DNA of 64,000 bases from Trichoplax sp. H2. Lineage: Eukaryota. Below are positions 39,101 through 51,531 of this stretch, in pieces. Numbering within the stretch: the first letter of the stretch is position 1; each line of letters begins with the position of its first letter. The position numbers and the translations under genes were made by a program. Location: positions 558,001 through 622,000 of the forward strand of contig NOWV01000017.1 in NCBI GenBank assembly GCA_003344405.1, read 5' to 3'. The notes beneath the pieces are model-generated. The model made no database searches, was not told where the DNA came from, and saw only the letters and a list, made by a program, of their open reading frames with translations.

Positions 39101-42100
39101 CAAATTAGTCTATGAATGTTTTACACTCTTTACAGCCCCTTACCTCACGGACTAGAATTTAATGATATCGGACATCTAGCCGTCTTATCGAGAGGCCTGG
39201 CTTGCTATCTAGCCTCGGTATTAGACAAAAATCAATTAACTAAATTAGCCAACCGAACTACAATAGATACAAACACGTGGCTTTCAAAGATTTTTAGGTA
39301 TAAATTCCTAATTTTAAAGGCCAAACTTTATTTTTTTATGATAGTAAAATTGAAAGGATACATTTTACTTGAAATTCATGCATATAGGTATGAGAAAGGG
39401 GCATTATATTTCCATGAAGAAGCTGGTGATGGTCTTATTAAAGGTTATTTTTGTTAAGTTTTTCCAATATAGTAACTTTTTACATAGTTTTCTGATGCAA
39501 ATGTGATACATTTGGTTTTATTCCTATGGCAAAATTAAATAATACTTATATGCATTACCATCATAAGCTGAATTAGGCCGTATTAACACATTTTTTTATT
39601 AGTCGGTCGACTGACGTTACTAACAAAATGCCCCAAATTTCAAAGCGAAGGATTTCATGCGTTATATGCAAGGTAAGTTAATTATTTTTAATTATTTAAC
39701 AATTCAAGACAATAGCTCCTATACTTTACTACGGCGCTAGAGGAAACTTTTTACTTGTGAAAAAAAGCATAAAAATGTTGCATTACTGTACATGCGTATA
39801 TAGATACTATTTCTTACGTTAAATAAAAGTACACTAACCCTATCTCAACACTCCATCATAAGAAACGAGATAGTACCTTGTATAGTTTTTGTACTGACTT
39901 TAACGTATTTCTTCGTACTATTGTATCTAATTACAGCATATTCAATATTAAATTCTGTTACACATCGTTCACAGACATTGAAATAATCGTTTAAAATTTG
40001 CTCAGGGATTTACGAATATGAAATATATAACTTAATAATGATAATCATTTTTTAAATATTATGTAGACCTCCAGTAATTTATATCAGCTCAGCGGCACCT
40101 GCTAGCCTAGGCAAATATCTATGTAGTCAGGTTGTATCCGTATACAATTTAAATACCTGTAATCCTTAAGTTAGCACACTTCATACTAACTTTATAAAAT
40201 TACATAATCCGTAGCTTGGTTTGCCCTATTCCTGTCTTAGTATCGTTCCCTGTGTTGCATCGTCTAGTACTTTTGACGAAACAATGGTATTTCAATTAAT
40301 ACTTGCATACACGCAATTTATGTGAATCTTAAAAAATTATTTTACATACTTGAACTTAAACTACATTAACATAGGATCTAGCTTCATTAGAGAGATCGCT
40401 TAATGAAGATGTTGCCTGCGGTAAAACTCCGCTACTATTAATCGCTTATGGAGGTCAGTCGATTCATGAACCTATTTGCAGTAGGAACTATTGGAATAAT
40501 CGTTTCTTTCCTACAGGTACCCCAATGTGCGGTCAAAATGATAATACTTCATACCTTCGAGAACTATGTGACAAATACAACTTGTGGCTTCATTTGGAAG
40601 GGTTAGTTACGATTATTAAATCATATTTCGGTAGATTGACGATCCAAAGATAACCCTTAATGATATACTTCAATAGCCATTTAACACCGACTATATTCTC
40701 TTTAGTAACGGACTTGCACTGTTAGCTCTTGAAAAACCGCCGGCATCCTATGAGGTAAAGACTTGTAATCCGGAAGTGAAGGCGCATAATTATCGCAAAG
40801 TGCCCATTACGTAAAAATATTATATTTGATTTTAATATTTAATCTTATAGGCATGTAGAAAAGCTACTAGTATCACCCTACGTCTAAGCGACTGGTTTAA
40901 CTGGCCTGGAGTGAGCTACTGTGTATCCTTTTACTGCGTTACATGCATTGCTCTTTTAATTAGTTAGCGCTATAAAAGTTTTGTCGCTAATAATTAACTA
41001 CACAGTCAAAAAAATTTTTCTTTAACTCTTACCCTAAATAATTAATCAGACATTATATAGAAGTTCAGACTCAGATGCTGTAAGTAAAACTAGATTTCGG
41101 GCAAACTTTATTAATTAATTTACATCCGTATGAATTTAAGTGAAATTATGTCGTCTTAAAATTAAAAAAACTATCATTTCTCTACACCTTGTTATTTCAA
41201 TTCTTGGTTATCCTTGTTCTAAAACATTTTATTATACACAGTGTAATATAGCAGGAATGACCAACTCTGAAACTCTAATGAAATTACATGGCCTTTCTCT
41301 TTGGATTTCAATGCAGTATTTAGGTAATTTAACAAATTAGAGTCTTTATGAATCTATCTTTCAAATTTCGTCATTAAGTTACTATATTACTTCTTGTAGG
41401 ACAAGATGCAATGGCAAAAATGGTAAATTTCGGAACAGAATTGGTACGTCATTTGATTATGTGTATACATTTTGATATTCAGTTTTCAAGATAATCAAAC
41501 TATTAAATTGCTAATGCGTTATCTGTAGGCTCAACAATTAATTCACCGCCTAGATCTTATGAAAGATGTAACAAGATTGGTAATTATTATACAGTACCAT
41601 TACAAGTAATTTTTTTCAGTGTCTGACTATCACATTACACTTTCTATTAATATTGAATATAAAAGCAACAAGAAAATTCCGTCAACCCAGTTGTGGTATT
41701 TAGATATAAACCTAACAGTAAAAGTAATGAATCCAATCATAACCTATCTACACCTCCAGATGATTTATCAAGTACAGTTAAAAAGGATTGTAAGTTATAT
41801 CACCAAGATATAAACCGTAATTCTAAAAATAATTTTTGCAAGCCTAAATATAATACACTTAACTTTTCAGCTGTTGAGGAAACCAACTCTGGCATTGTTA
41901 CTACAGTGTCAAACTTAGTTTTGGACTCTTATAATAAACTGGTAATTATAATATAGATAAGTGCTGCTGTATATTAAATTATATCCATAATCATCAGTCA
42001 AAGAGCGACTGATTCTAGTCTTTTTAAGCTAAATTTTTATTATCGTTGTAGCTTTTATACCACTTGAGTCAAAGCGTGAGGAGCATGCATATTGAACTGA

Positions 42101-43636
42101 TCGAGCTTTCAAAGGACGGGTATTGGTTAAAGTTTGATCCCATAAAGACTGCAATCAGTATGTATATATATATATATATTATTCACATACTGACCACTAT
42201 AAAGTTCTGGCTGCAGTTTCATTTAAAAACTAACCTACTTTATTTTTAGAATACAAAACAACTCAGGATGATGTGGATGAATTTATTTCATGCTTACGGG
42301 ATGAAATTGTAAGCCCCTTATTGCTATTTTAATAAAACTTATTATATTTCGTATTCGCCTAAAATGGTATATAATTATCCAATAGTGATATCTATTCCAT
42401 ATACAGTTAACCCTTTACAAACTGATTCTACTTTGCATCGCATAGACGGTCATGAATGTTACAATTAATAGCAAATCTGAATTCGAAACAGCCATAAAAT
42501 CAAATAAGAGACTTAAATTAGCTGAGGTTCATCAAGTTACCGGTCTAGGCGCAGTTCAGTAAGAAACAAATGAATTTCTGTTTTAAATAACAAAATCTTC
42601 GATTATTTGAAAATGTTTAACTTTTACTTCTTTCCATTACATAAAAGATTTGTGCCAGAATATTTGGTTCATGATGATATAGATACCGTAAAACTCACCG
42701 ACCGGAAAAGAAGTGCTTTAAAGAAGGTAAATAGGCTATTGGCTGAAACTTTAGAAGAGCAAGATAAAGCCTTATTTGCCTTAGTAACGACAACGGATGA
42801 CTATCCATGTGTAGCTGTTGGAATGGTTCGTACTCACACATTTTAAATCTGTTAGCCTTTATCATTCATGAAGATAACCTTATTTTAAGTTTTTGACTTT
42901 ACTTAAACAATAAATATGCAAGAACTAATGATATACGCTTACTATTTGATTGTAATCGTGCAATAGATTTCACAACCTGAAAAGATACCTAATATTATTG
43001 ATACTATTATTCAAAAGGCATCCGAATTAGATGATAATAGCCAAGTTAGTTACGATTTATTATATTAATTAGTAGTATTGATGCTTTTCTCTCTATGCTA
43101 ATGGCTACATGGTACCTTTTTTCCTGAACAGTTATTAGAAGAGATGAGTGAATTAATAAAAAAGAGCATAGCTGCAACACAAGAAACGCTAAAACAAGAA
43201 GCGGAAGATTATTTTTGGGAAGAAGTAAATACTAAAGATCTTATGAGCTCTACTATTACGACCTTTATTTCTTGAATTTTGTTACTGTCAAACCACAACT
43301 AAAACATTACACATATATTGTAGGGTGTTTATCGTCAAGTGCCTCTCATCTCAACCGTAATGAACTGGTGGTCACCGCCAACAAAAACTGCAATCCCTGG
43401 TAGAACACTTAATTTATCGAAAGGTAATAGTATAGACTTGTGCACACTTTCGCGTATGCGTACGCTATTTAAAACTAGAGTAAAATTAGTAATTATCGGC
43501 TTGCTACAGAATTATCTAAAACGACTGCACGCCTCTTCTAATTTTATTTATATCAGGAACTGTCGAATCTACAGAACCTACTTATGAATTGAAAATGCAA
43601 GTGCAACAATCATTCGATGACGATAATAGCAGTTGA
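36166..43636 (+). CDS. PDXDC1: Pyridoxal-dependent decarboxylase domain-containing protein 1, multi-exon
   Basis: GHLAVLSRGLACYLASVLDKNQLTKLANRTTIDTNTWLSKIFRYEKGALYFHEE, PVIYISSAAP..LGKYLCSQLGLP, LCDKYNLWLHLEG, LSLWISMQYLG, GVYRQVPLISTVMNWWSPP, GTVESTEPTYE are collinear with PDXDC1 as I recall it. TGA at 43634-43636. The first exons (36166-36255, 37937-37995) are phase-consistent but less conserved. Confidence 0.92.
40923..41049 (+). other. U12-type (minor spliceosome) GT-AG intron in PDXDC1
   Basis: 5' site GTATCCTTTT, branch-like TTTTCTTTAAC (41016-41026), 3' CAG. Removal joins ..WPGVSYC to TLYRSSDSDA in frame, matching the PDXDC1 'TLYK' motif. Confidence 0.8.
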
Positions 43637-45599
43637 AATACTACATTAAAGAAATCATTTGGATGAAAAATTTAGTGTAATAGATCATAAAATATCATCT
43701 AGTGATAGAACGTGTTAGCGGTATGACTGATATATTTATGAACTTTTTGTTTCCTCTACTATATATTGATAGGTAAATTAAGAAATCACGATTTTATAGT
43801 CAGTTTAAACATTATTATTATATCAGGGTAAACGTCAGAGGTTGACAAAAATGCAAAATCGCAGCGATTAGTTTATTTTACGCTAACATTGACGTAAACT
43901 ATTGGATGTATAATTCAAAAATGACACTGGAAATTGCATAAAATCCTAAAATGTTTTAGACTTTATTTTATTTTTAAATATTTGATAAAATGTAGGGTTA
44001 GCTATTCTAATAATTATAAATTACAACTTGCGCAAAAGATTGATGTGCATTTGTTGAATTCTTTTATTCACAGTATATACGATTTTTAACATATGAATGC
44101 TGTACGTTTATATCATTAATTGAAAATAATAAAACTCTATTTCACTTTAAGTTCGGATGTTAGGTAGAAGAAATTATATTCATACATTTGCAAATTGATG
44201 AAACTAGTGTGCATTTTATTAATTGGATTATTACCTGTTTATTTAAAATTGGTTATATTTCTGCATTCCTTAATTGTTTCATCTGAGTTAGTAATAGAAG
44301 TAGAATGAAGTCAATACGATGAACGTAATATATGCGTGTATGTACGTGTAACATGAGACCTTGTATCGCTGAAGCAATGAAATTTTCAATGCTGGTTATT
44401 GCTAAACTATAAAATAGTATTCACCTTTACGCTAGTATATGGTGCATCACCCACCACATTACATCATCTTTCTTAAGCAGATACTATAGCAGGGTTATAC
44501 TAAGATAGCAGAGTATTAATTACGTGGTGTCAGATTAATTCAGTTATATATGTTGGCATTCAGTCCTTATTCCAAAAACAATTTAAATGATGTAAGATGG
44601 TCTTCTTACGTCCTATTAAACTGTAGTAATATAATTATATAATTTATTTGTAAATCATAGCATTCGGTCACTATTTTCTGAAATCTTTGCAGTACACTAT
44701 GATAAAACAGTAGCTGATTGAGATTCCTCACCCCCTACTGCAATTATTTTAGCCAGCTTGTTAAATCTACCTAGCATTTATGTACTACTTCAAATTATAG
44801 TAATACGGTAATTTTTGGTACATGTGATGTACTATCATAGTCTATTTACTGTTAGTGCATCCTCATATACTGTATAAGTATAACTTTACTGATTCGTTGC
44901 ATTCCATCATATTAAAAGTTGATTGAGCTGGTGTATTCGAATTTTGAATATTGGCACTTGATATGCACCTGTAGACACGATGCAACTATAGGGCAATGTG
45001 ACTGCTGTATATCCCTTGATTGTATTTACAGTTAGTTCGGATTGCTCTTTCAACGCAACAATTTTGCAATTATGTTTACGTATATGCTTATTAAAGTATT
45101 TTAAGTGTATGATAATAAAATTGAACTAACTATACCACCGTTCGATGAACGAATCACTCATCCCCTTCAATTAATTGTGTAGCTTAATTCTAGATTGGCC
45201 AATGCTTAAATTAGTATTATTTTATTACCAGTATATATTTTATTTGGATAAAGTTTGGCGTAGTGAAATAAGATTATAATGAAGAAACATAAGAAATTTT
45301 TGACACCTTTTGAAAGATGTGTAGTAAGTAAAATTTAAAATTTATAAGTATTAAGTCTGAACAAAGGATATTTAATTTAAAGCAAGTAGATTAATTAATT
45401 AATTAATAGTAATATTGTGAGTAAGCTTCCGATGAATTGATAACCTTACTAGTATAGTGTTCTAAACAGAACTTTCAAAGCTATACTAAACAGTACAAAG
45501 TGTAAAGGCGACGTCTTGCCTATTCTTGCCGTACAGAACCAATCTTATTGCAAGACTGCCTGCCCATGCGCGATGACTTTCAACTGAAAATCTGCAAAA

Positions 45600-48500
45600 A
45601 TGGCCTCCAAGACTGGCCGCAGCAGCTGCGTACGAATCAAATTAAAGTTTGCTAATGTAGCTTGTAAAGACTTTACATCAGCTTGGCGACGTTGCTGGTT
45701 CATTTTTGATAGCAATTCTTGCCGACTGGTAGCTGATTTAATCTATTTAATACAAAAACGATTCGCGTTAAATCGTAAATCGAGCTATCACCTCTACCTC
45801 GACGATTACTTGATCCAACATGATGAAGCCATTGAAATCATCCGTGATAATGATATTATTGTGTAAGTTATTCTGAATTAATTGCGGTATATAGAGACGT
45901 AAAATTTTTTCCTTAATGAACCCATTTAGCTAAGCTAAGCTAACATGAATAATGCACCTTCAAATCTGCTTATACACAGCGTAGAACAGGACGACTCTAC
46001 AAATAAAGATTTACAAATGGCCTATAGCCATGCAGGTAACGCGTTTTAAGATCATTTCAATCGCGGCTTTGCGTTATCCTTTACTATAATCAAAAATTTT
46101 ACTACATAACTATTTCCATTCGTAATGATTACAATAATACTCCAATATGCGATATCTAGAGGCTACTGTCTACATACATTGCTATATGATATAAAGATGG
46201 TGTACAACATGACAAACATACACCTTGTCATTATCTGAAAGTCTGCAGATACTCGCCACCTTAACATTTTTCGTATAAAATTACTTCAAATGTACGATAC
46301 GCCATCGTAACGTCTACTCACATTGCTATATGATATTAAGATGGTGGATAACATGATAGGAATGTATATGTTGTTACTATCTATCTAGAAATTTGCATAT
46401 ACTCGTCACATTTATTCCGGATTTCCGTTCGTAATATGATAATGTCGATTTGCGATATATACAGCATACACGTATGCAAGTATAAGCCAACATAACATGC
46501 ATTGCCCTATGATATTAAAATGGTTTATAGCACGATAGAAGTGCTGTATTCATTATTATTATCTATCTAGAAGTTTGCATATACTCGTCACGTTAACATT
46601 CCTATTCGTAATCATTATATTATTACTTCAATGTACGATATATATAAGCCATCGTAAACTTCTACTCAAATTGCTATATGATGTTGAGATGGTGTGCTGT
46701 AGAACATGGTAGAACATGATGAAAGCACATATGCATTATCATTATCTATTTCGATATTTGCATATATTCGTAGTCTATGATCTTTACGACTATATCATAC
46801 CTGCAACGCTCACAGATAACTTCCAGCTATACAATAACCAACTACTATATTTCAGTATAGTAGCATATTTTATCAACTTTATTAAAAGTAAATTTTCATT
46901 CACTATCCGGAATTGATCTTAATAGCGTCATTCTATACTTGCAGGTACACGTGTAAAGAGGAATAAAACTAATAATCTTACATCGAAAGAAGGACATCTT
47001 AAATCAAGTGAAGCCTCTGAAGATACCTCAAATGAAAAACAATCGTGCTCTGAATCAAATGTAGATATTAAAAATACAACCAACGAAGAACAGTCTTCCT
47101 CATCATCAGTGGACAGCAGTAGCAGTACCAGTTCGACCGAATCAGACGATAGCTCTAGTGATAGTAGTACATCAGATGGCGATAGTGTTGCCGATCAGGA
47201 TGAACGAGTAGATAGTAATGTTCCTTCATATCACTTGAAGGGTGACAAAGACGAAAGCATGGATATTGACAAAAGTGCAACACAAGTCTCCAACAATCAT
47301 GTTTTAACACCTTCTAAAGATGGTAAAAAGAGTGGGCTACAAGGAATTGAGGAAATATCCAAGAATACAAGTAGTAATATTGCTATACAAAATCATCCAC
47401 TTCTATCAGATTCTCAATTATCGCTAGGCAGTAAGCGAGCAAGCTTTAATCGTTCTAATGAAACTTCCACTAAAAAGAAAAAATTTGGTAGGTATCCTGA
47501 TGATTATGTATTACTTAAATATAGAATAGCGTTTCACCATTTAAAACAACAGAAATTTCAGTAATGCTACGTTTTAAAAGATAAAATCCTTAAGAAATCA
47601 CTGATATACTCTAAATTTATTATTTAGAACGGGTATCACTTCTTTCCCCAGAAGTAATACTTGATCAGTAGTATACCCGTTCCATGCATAGTTAAAATAG
47701 TGTGATAGAATGTAAAGTTTGTGTTATTAATGCAATATAATATTTATAGTCTTCAATTCTAATCTTTGATCAGTATGCCGTAGCGCTATACTAGAATGAT
47801 TACGTGTCAGTCCTGTTGAGTCCATGAAACCTTCTTCTAACTAGAGTGAACATGAATCATGCATTGAATATTGTTGATAACTTAACAACTAGCTTAAACT
47901 GTGTATTACCTTGCTCTAAGTGGTCGTATAAATTTTCTAAATCTATAATAATATCTCAAATCTCATTTATTCGAATCAGATTTGTCACAAAATAGCGTAG
48001 CAAGTACCAAAGGACAGCATATCCGCTTCGACTCGGAAGGTAAAATATTTCTTTGCTATTTAACCTTAATACATGCAAGAGTATACAATTATAAAATTAT
48101 TTTGTTTATCATCCAGATGAAAATATACAAGTTCAACCCAATACTCTTAATAATTCAAATCCTTCCGAATTGTCTACCTGTTCAGACATTGATAAAGGCC
48201 GAAAATCAGTCAAAGTACTTTAATTTGTTACAAATGTCGCCTTGTATTATTTCGCGTAATTAAAATTACTGTTGCTAATATCTGTTATTTGAACTAATTA
48301 CTAACTGAAATCTTTCACTATGTATTTAATTTGTTTCCTTCATCAGGTTATGACGAAAAGCATAGCGAAGAATAATCTTAGCGAAAGTAACTGGTACAAA
48401 AATCTTAAAATTTTAAATGCTCCTCCTCGTAGTGGAGATAAGATCGTCTTTAGGGTAAAATAACCAAAATTACTAATTTTTTAGTATATCGATTGTTGAC

Positions 48501-49099
48501 TACAGCTGTGTTTCTATTTATTGTGCTTTACAGGTTTTAGAATTGTCATCATCTTATACTCCAGAAATATCAAAATTTAAGGTTAGAAAATCACTATATT
48601 TAGTCAGATCTATCCCTAGACTTAGCTGTTATTGTCGATGTTACTGTTTATACAAACTTATTCATTTATTCATAGGAAGGCGTTGTTGAATCATATAACA
48701 ATGCTACAGATCAAATTATTATCAAACTTACTGATAGACAATTAGAGAAAGGTATATATAAATTGAATTAAATTCTAGAGATTTCTTGGGTAAGTTTACA
48801 ACATGATATTAAACTTTACATTTTGATGGATATAATCAGAACGAAAGGAATGGACTGAACCTGGAAAATTTGAACTATTTGAGGGAGAGGAAGAAAATTA
48901 CGTAAAAGAAATTGATCCTATAGTACGCTTAGCTGTAGCAGCTATCAAATATATCTGACTTATCTGAATATACCAGAATTATAATATATAAGCACAACGT
49001 ATTCAAAGAGGGTACTAGTGAAATAATTATGATATTTTTATTCATTAGGTTCAAACACCATGGTCATCTATCACTGAAGCAAGACTTATTGAATCTTAA
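45600..49099 (+). CDS. COIL: Coilin (Cajal body scaffold)
   Basis: N-terminal domain VRIKLKF..RRCWF..LVADLIYLIQKRF..HLYLDDYLI..EIIRDNDII; Ser/acidic linker and NLS-like KKKK; GQHIRFDSE; C-terminal Tudor-like APPRSGDKIVFRVLELSSSYTPEISKFKEG..EPGKFEL..WSSITEARLIES*. Confidence 0.9.
46105..46775. repeat. Degenerate tandem repeat (~4.5 copies, 144-179 bp period) in coilin intron 2
   Basis: (C/A)ATTGC(TA/CC)TATGAT..(A/G)ATGGT starts at 46177, 46321, 46500 and 46669, each followed by a TGCA(T/G)ATA(C/T)TCG motif. Confidence 0.85.
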
Positions 49100-50509
49100 G
49101 CTAAAAGTTAAGGACATGAATGTCAATCATAAATTTGACTCAATGTAGCGTCCCAATTTAGAAAATAATACTATCTTGTTTGTGACTTGTTTTATACTCC
49201 CTTATATGTTTATATAAGATAAACTATGTCAGATAATGTATTTGTACAGTATTACTTTATATCAAATATTACTAAGGGCGCTGATATAGTAAATAAATTA
49301 TGTTTGCATAAATATAATCATCCTGGATTTTTATATTCCATATGTTAAGCTAATTGACGGCAACTAAAATCTGAGAAATTTGGATCTATCGACGTAACTG
49401 ACTGCACTATTCGGTAGTATGAGTTATGCTTTAAGTCTATAATACAATGCGACTTCTTAAATGTGGAGACTAGTGATACTGGACTGAACGAACCAACTAC
49501 GGTGTAACTTGTGCAAAATGATTAAAATCTAATTAATTACAGGCCAAATATTTTCACGTCCTTTTTTTTCCTACCACTGTCCTACGTCCTTTCCATGTCC
49601 CACTCAGCGTTGGAAATGTTGCATTCATAGTTCATCGATTACGAATTTAAAATAGCTTATTGCTAATAACTACACCAGATTTGAGTCACCAACATCGTAA
49701 TTCAAAAATAATGAAAGAGTTGGAAAGTGCTATTAAATCGATAGTATTACTTGATGGAAGTATGTAGAACTTGATCGCATAATAATATGATATGTAATGG
49801 TACAGATGCTATAAGCTGCAGTGATGATACCAGGATTAATCTATATTCTATCGGTAATATGTATTTATGAGTGAATTACCATTCTTTGGTCTGAGTACTA
49901 ATACTGTAGCTTTGCATACATCAATTCAAATATATATATACAGTAAAAATTTGATATCCAAACGATAAGCCGACTTATACAGAAAATCATACCAAGATCT
50001 AATTTTTAAAAATTCTACTCAAAAGACTTAACATCAACTCTGCGCTAGCCTTAACACAATCTTTGCATGTACGCATAATGTAATTATCATAATTTGTATT
50101 TATTTTTACTTCAAATGGAAGCCTCTAGTTTTAATTGATCCTAACTTCATTATGATAACTATTAATTTTTTTACTTCTCATAATATCATATTCTGTGATT
50201 TGTAACTCTCATAATATCCTGTTATCGCTTTATAACCTTTTAATACGATTGCAGTAAAGCCTTATATGAGATCAAAGTGTAAATCTCGCAGACAGTGTCC
50301 TAGAAGTGCTTTATTTTCACACATAGATGCATGCAAGATGTATTTCATTGCTTATGAAGTGTATTGATCATATCAAAATCTAAAAAATGAGTAGACTCAT
50401 ATTTAATTCGAAATGATAATTCAATTTTATTCTGTTCCTAAGCATTGCTTCGTTTTAAAGGAAAATTTTAAAAATTAAAGGACCTTTTGTCGAAGTTCTT
50501 TATCATTCT

Positions 50510-51531
50510 CTATATTTCACGCTTCTTAAGATTAAATCTGCCTCCCTTCTTATTGTTAGCTTCTGCTTTTCCTCGTTCTTCATTCGCACAGTGAATTTTA
50601 TTCATTCAATGCAATTATAGCATATCCAATTTTAGGTACACTAGCTACCTCAATAAAGTAAAATCTGTAATCAATAAACTTCCTTGCCAGCTTATTACGA
50701 GCCGTAAACATAAAGCCAACTAGAAAGACTGCTTCCGCAATCCAATACTATGTTTAGATAGAGTAGCTTGACTAACGATACCGATCAACTGAGTTTCGAA
50801 TATTAATCAAAACAGCGCTTGCTTTGGGAATAATAAATTAAGTGCAACAATAATTAGTCTGGTGTAATTTTTTCTAGAACTCCTATTTTAACTGCCACAG
50901 TGTTCGAAAATAAGGAAATATTTTCCTACGGTAAGAAATTTATTTCTCGTATATGAATAATTGGTGAATATCTCCTTTCTCCATACACAAGATAAGGTGG
51001 AATTATTACCTAACACTTCTCACTATAATGTTAGGAAAAATTTAGAATGATTTTTGATAGCATATAATAATACATATATTTTATATCATTAAAGCATCAA
51101 TTAGAATACCTAAATTTCCGCAATACTTACTCGACACACATATCTAAGAGGCCTATCTCCCATCCTATAATATAGGTTATATCTATATAAAAAAAATTGT
51201 ATCGGATCTTATAAAAATCTTGGTTAAACTGAACTCGACAACAGTTTTATAGCAGAAGAAAGTTAAAGTAAAAGCGTTACGATTACGTTAATCGATAACA
51301 ACGAGATTCCCGTACCTGTTATCACCATTTCTTTCCCAAGTGTAAATCCTAAAGGTTCAAATCACTTAGTGTACTGAAATCGAACGCGATGCCATCTTTC
51401 AGTTTGCCTGTGTAGTGAATGCGTACTTTATCCCAAAAGACATTTTTAATCATAAGTAAAGGGCTTGTGCTGCTATGAAAGTTAACACAATCCTTAATAA
51501 TTTTTACTAGAATATCTGTTCTTTTACTCAT
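50510..51531 (-). pseudogene. Unprocessed (intron-containing) FKBP-type PPIase pseudogene, FKBP11-like
   Basis: DKVRIHYTGKLKDGIAFDFS, then a frameshift near 51360 into EPLGFTLGKEMVITG; exon GWEIGLLDMCV; exon EKC*VIIPPYLVYGERRYSPII with an in-frame TAG at 51010-51012; SAVL/IFETQLIGI with another indel; Lys-rich tail remnant. Confidence 0.8.

Noticed and set aside
47492-47500. GTATCCTGA as a U12 donor in coilin
   Set aside because: Imperfect consensus and wrong phase; the GTAGGT donor at 47488 fits the next exon.
49821-49894. GTGATGA...CTGA, C/D snoRNA-like
   Set aside because: Terminal stem is misplaced and I could not recognise an rRNA-complementary guide; such boxes are common by chance in AT-rich DNA.
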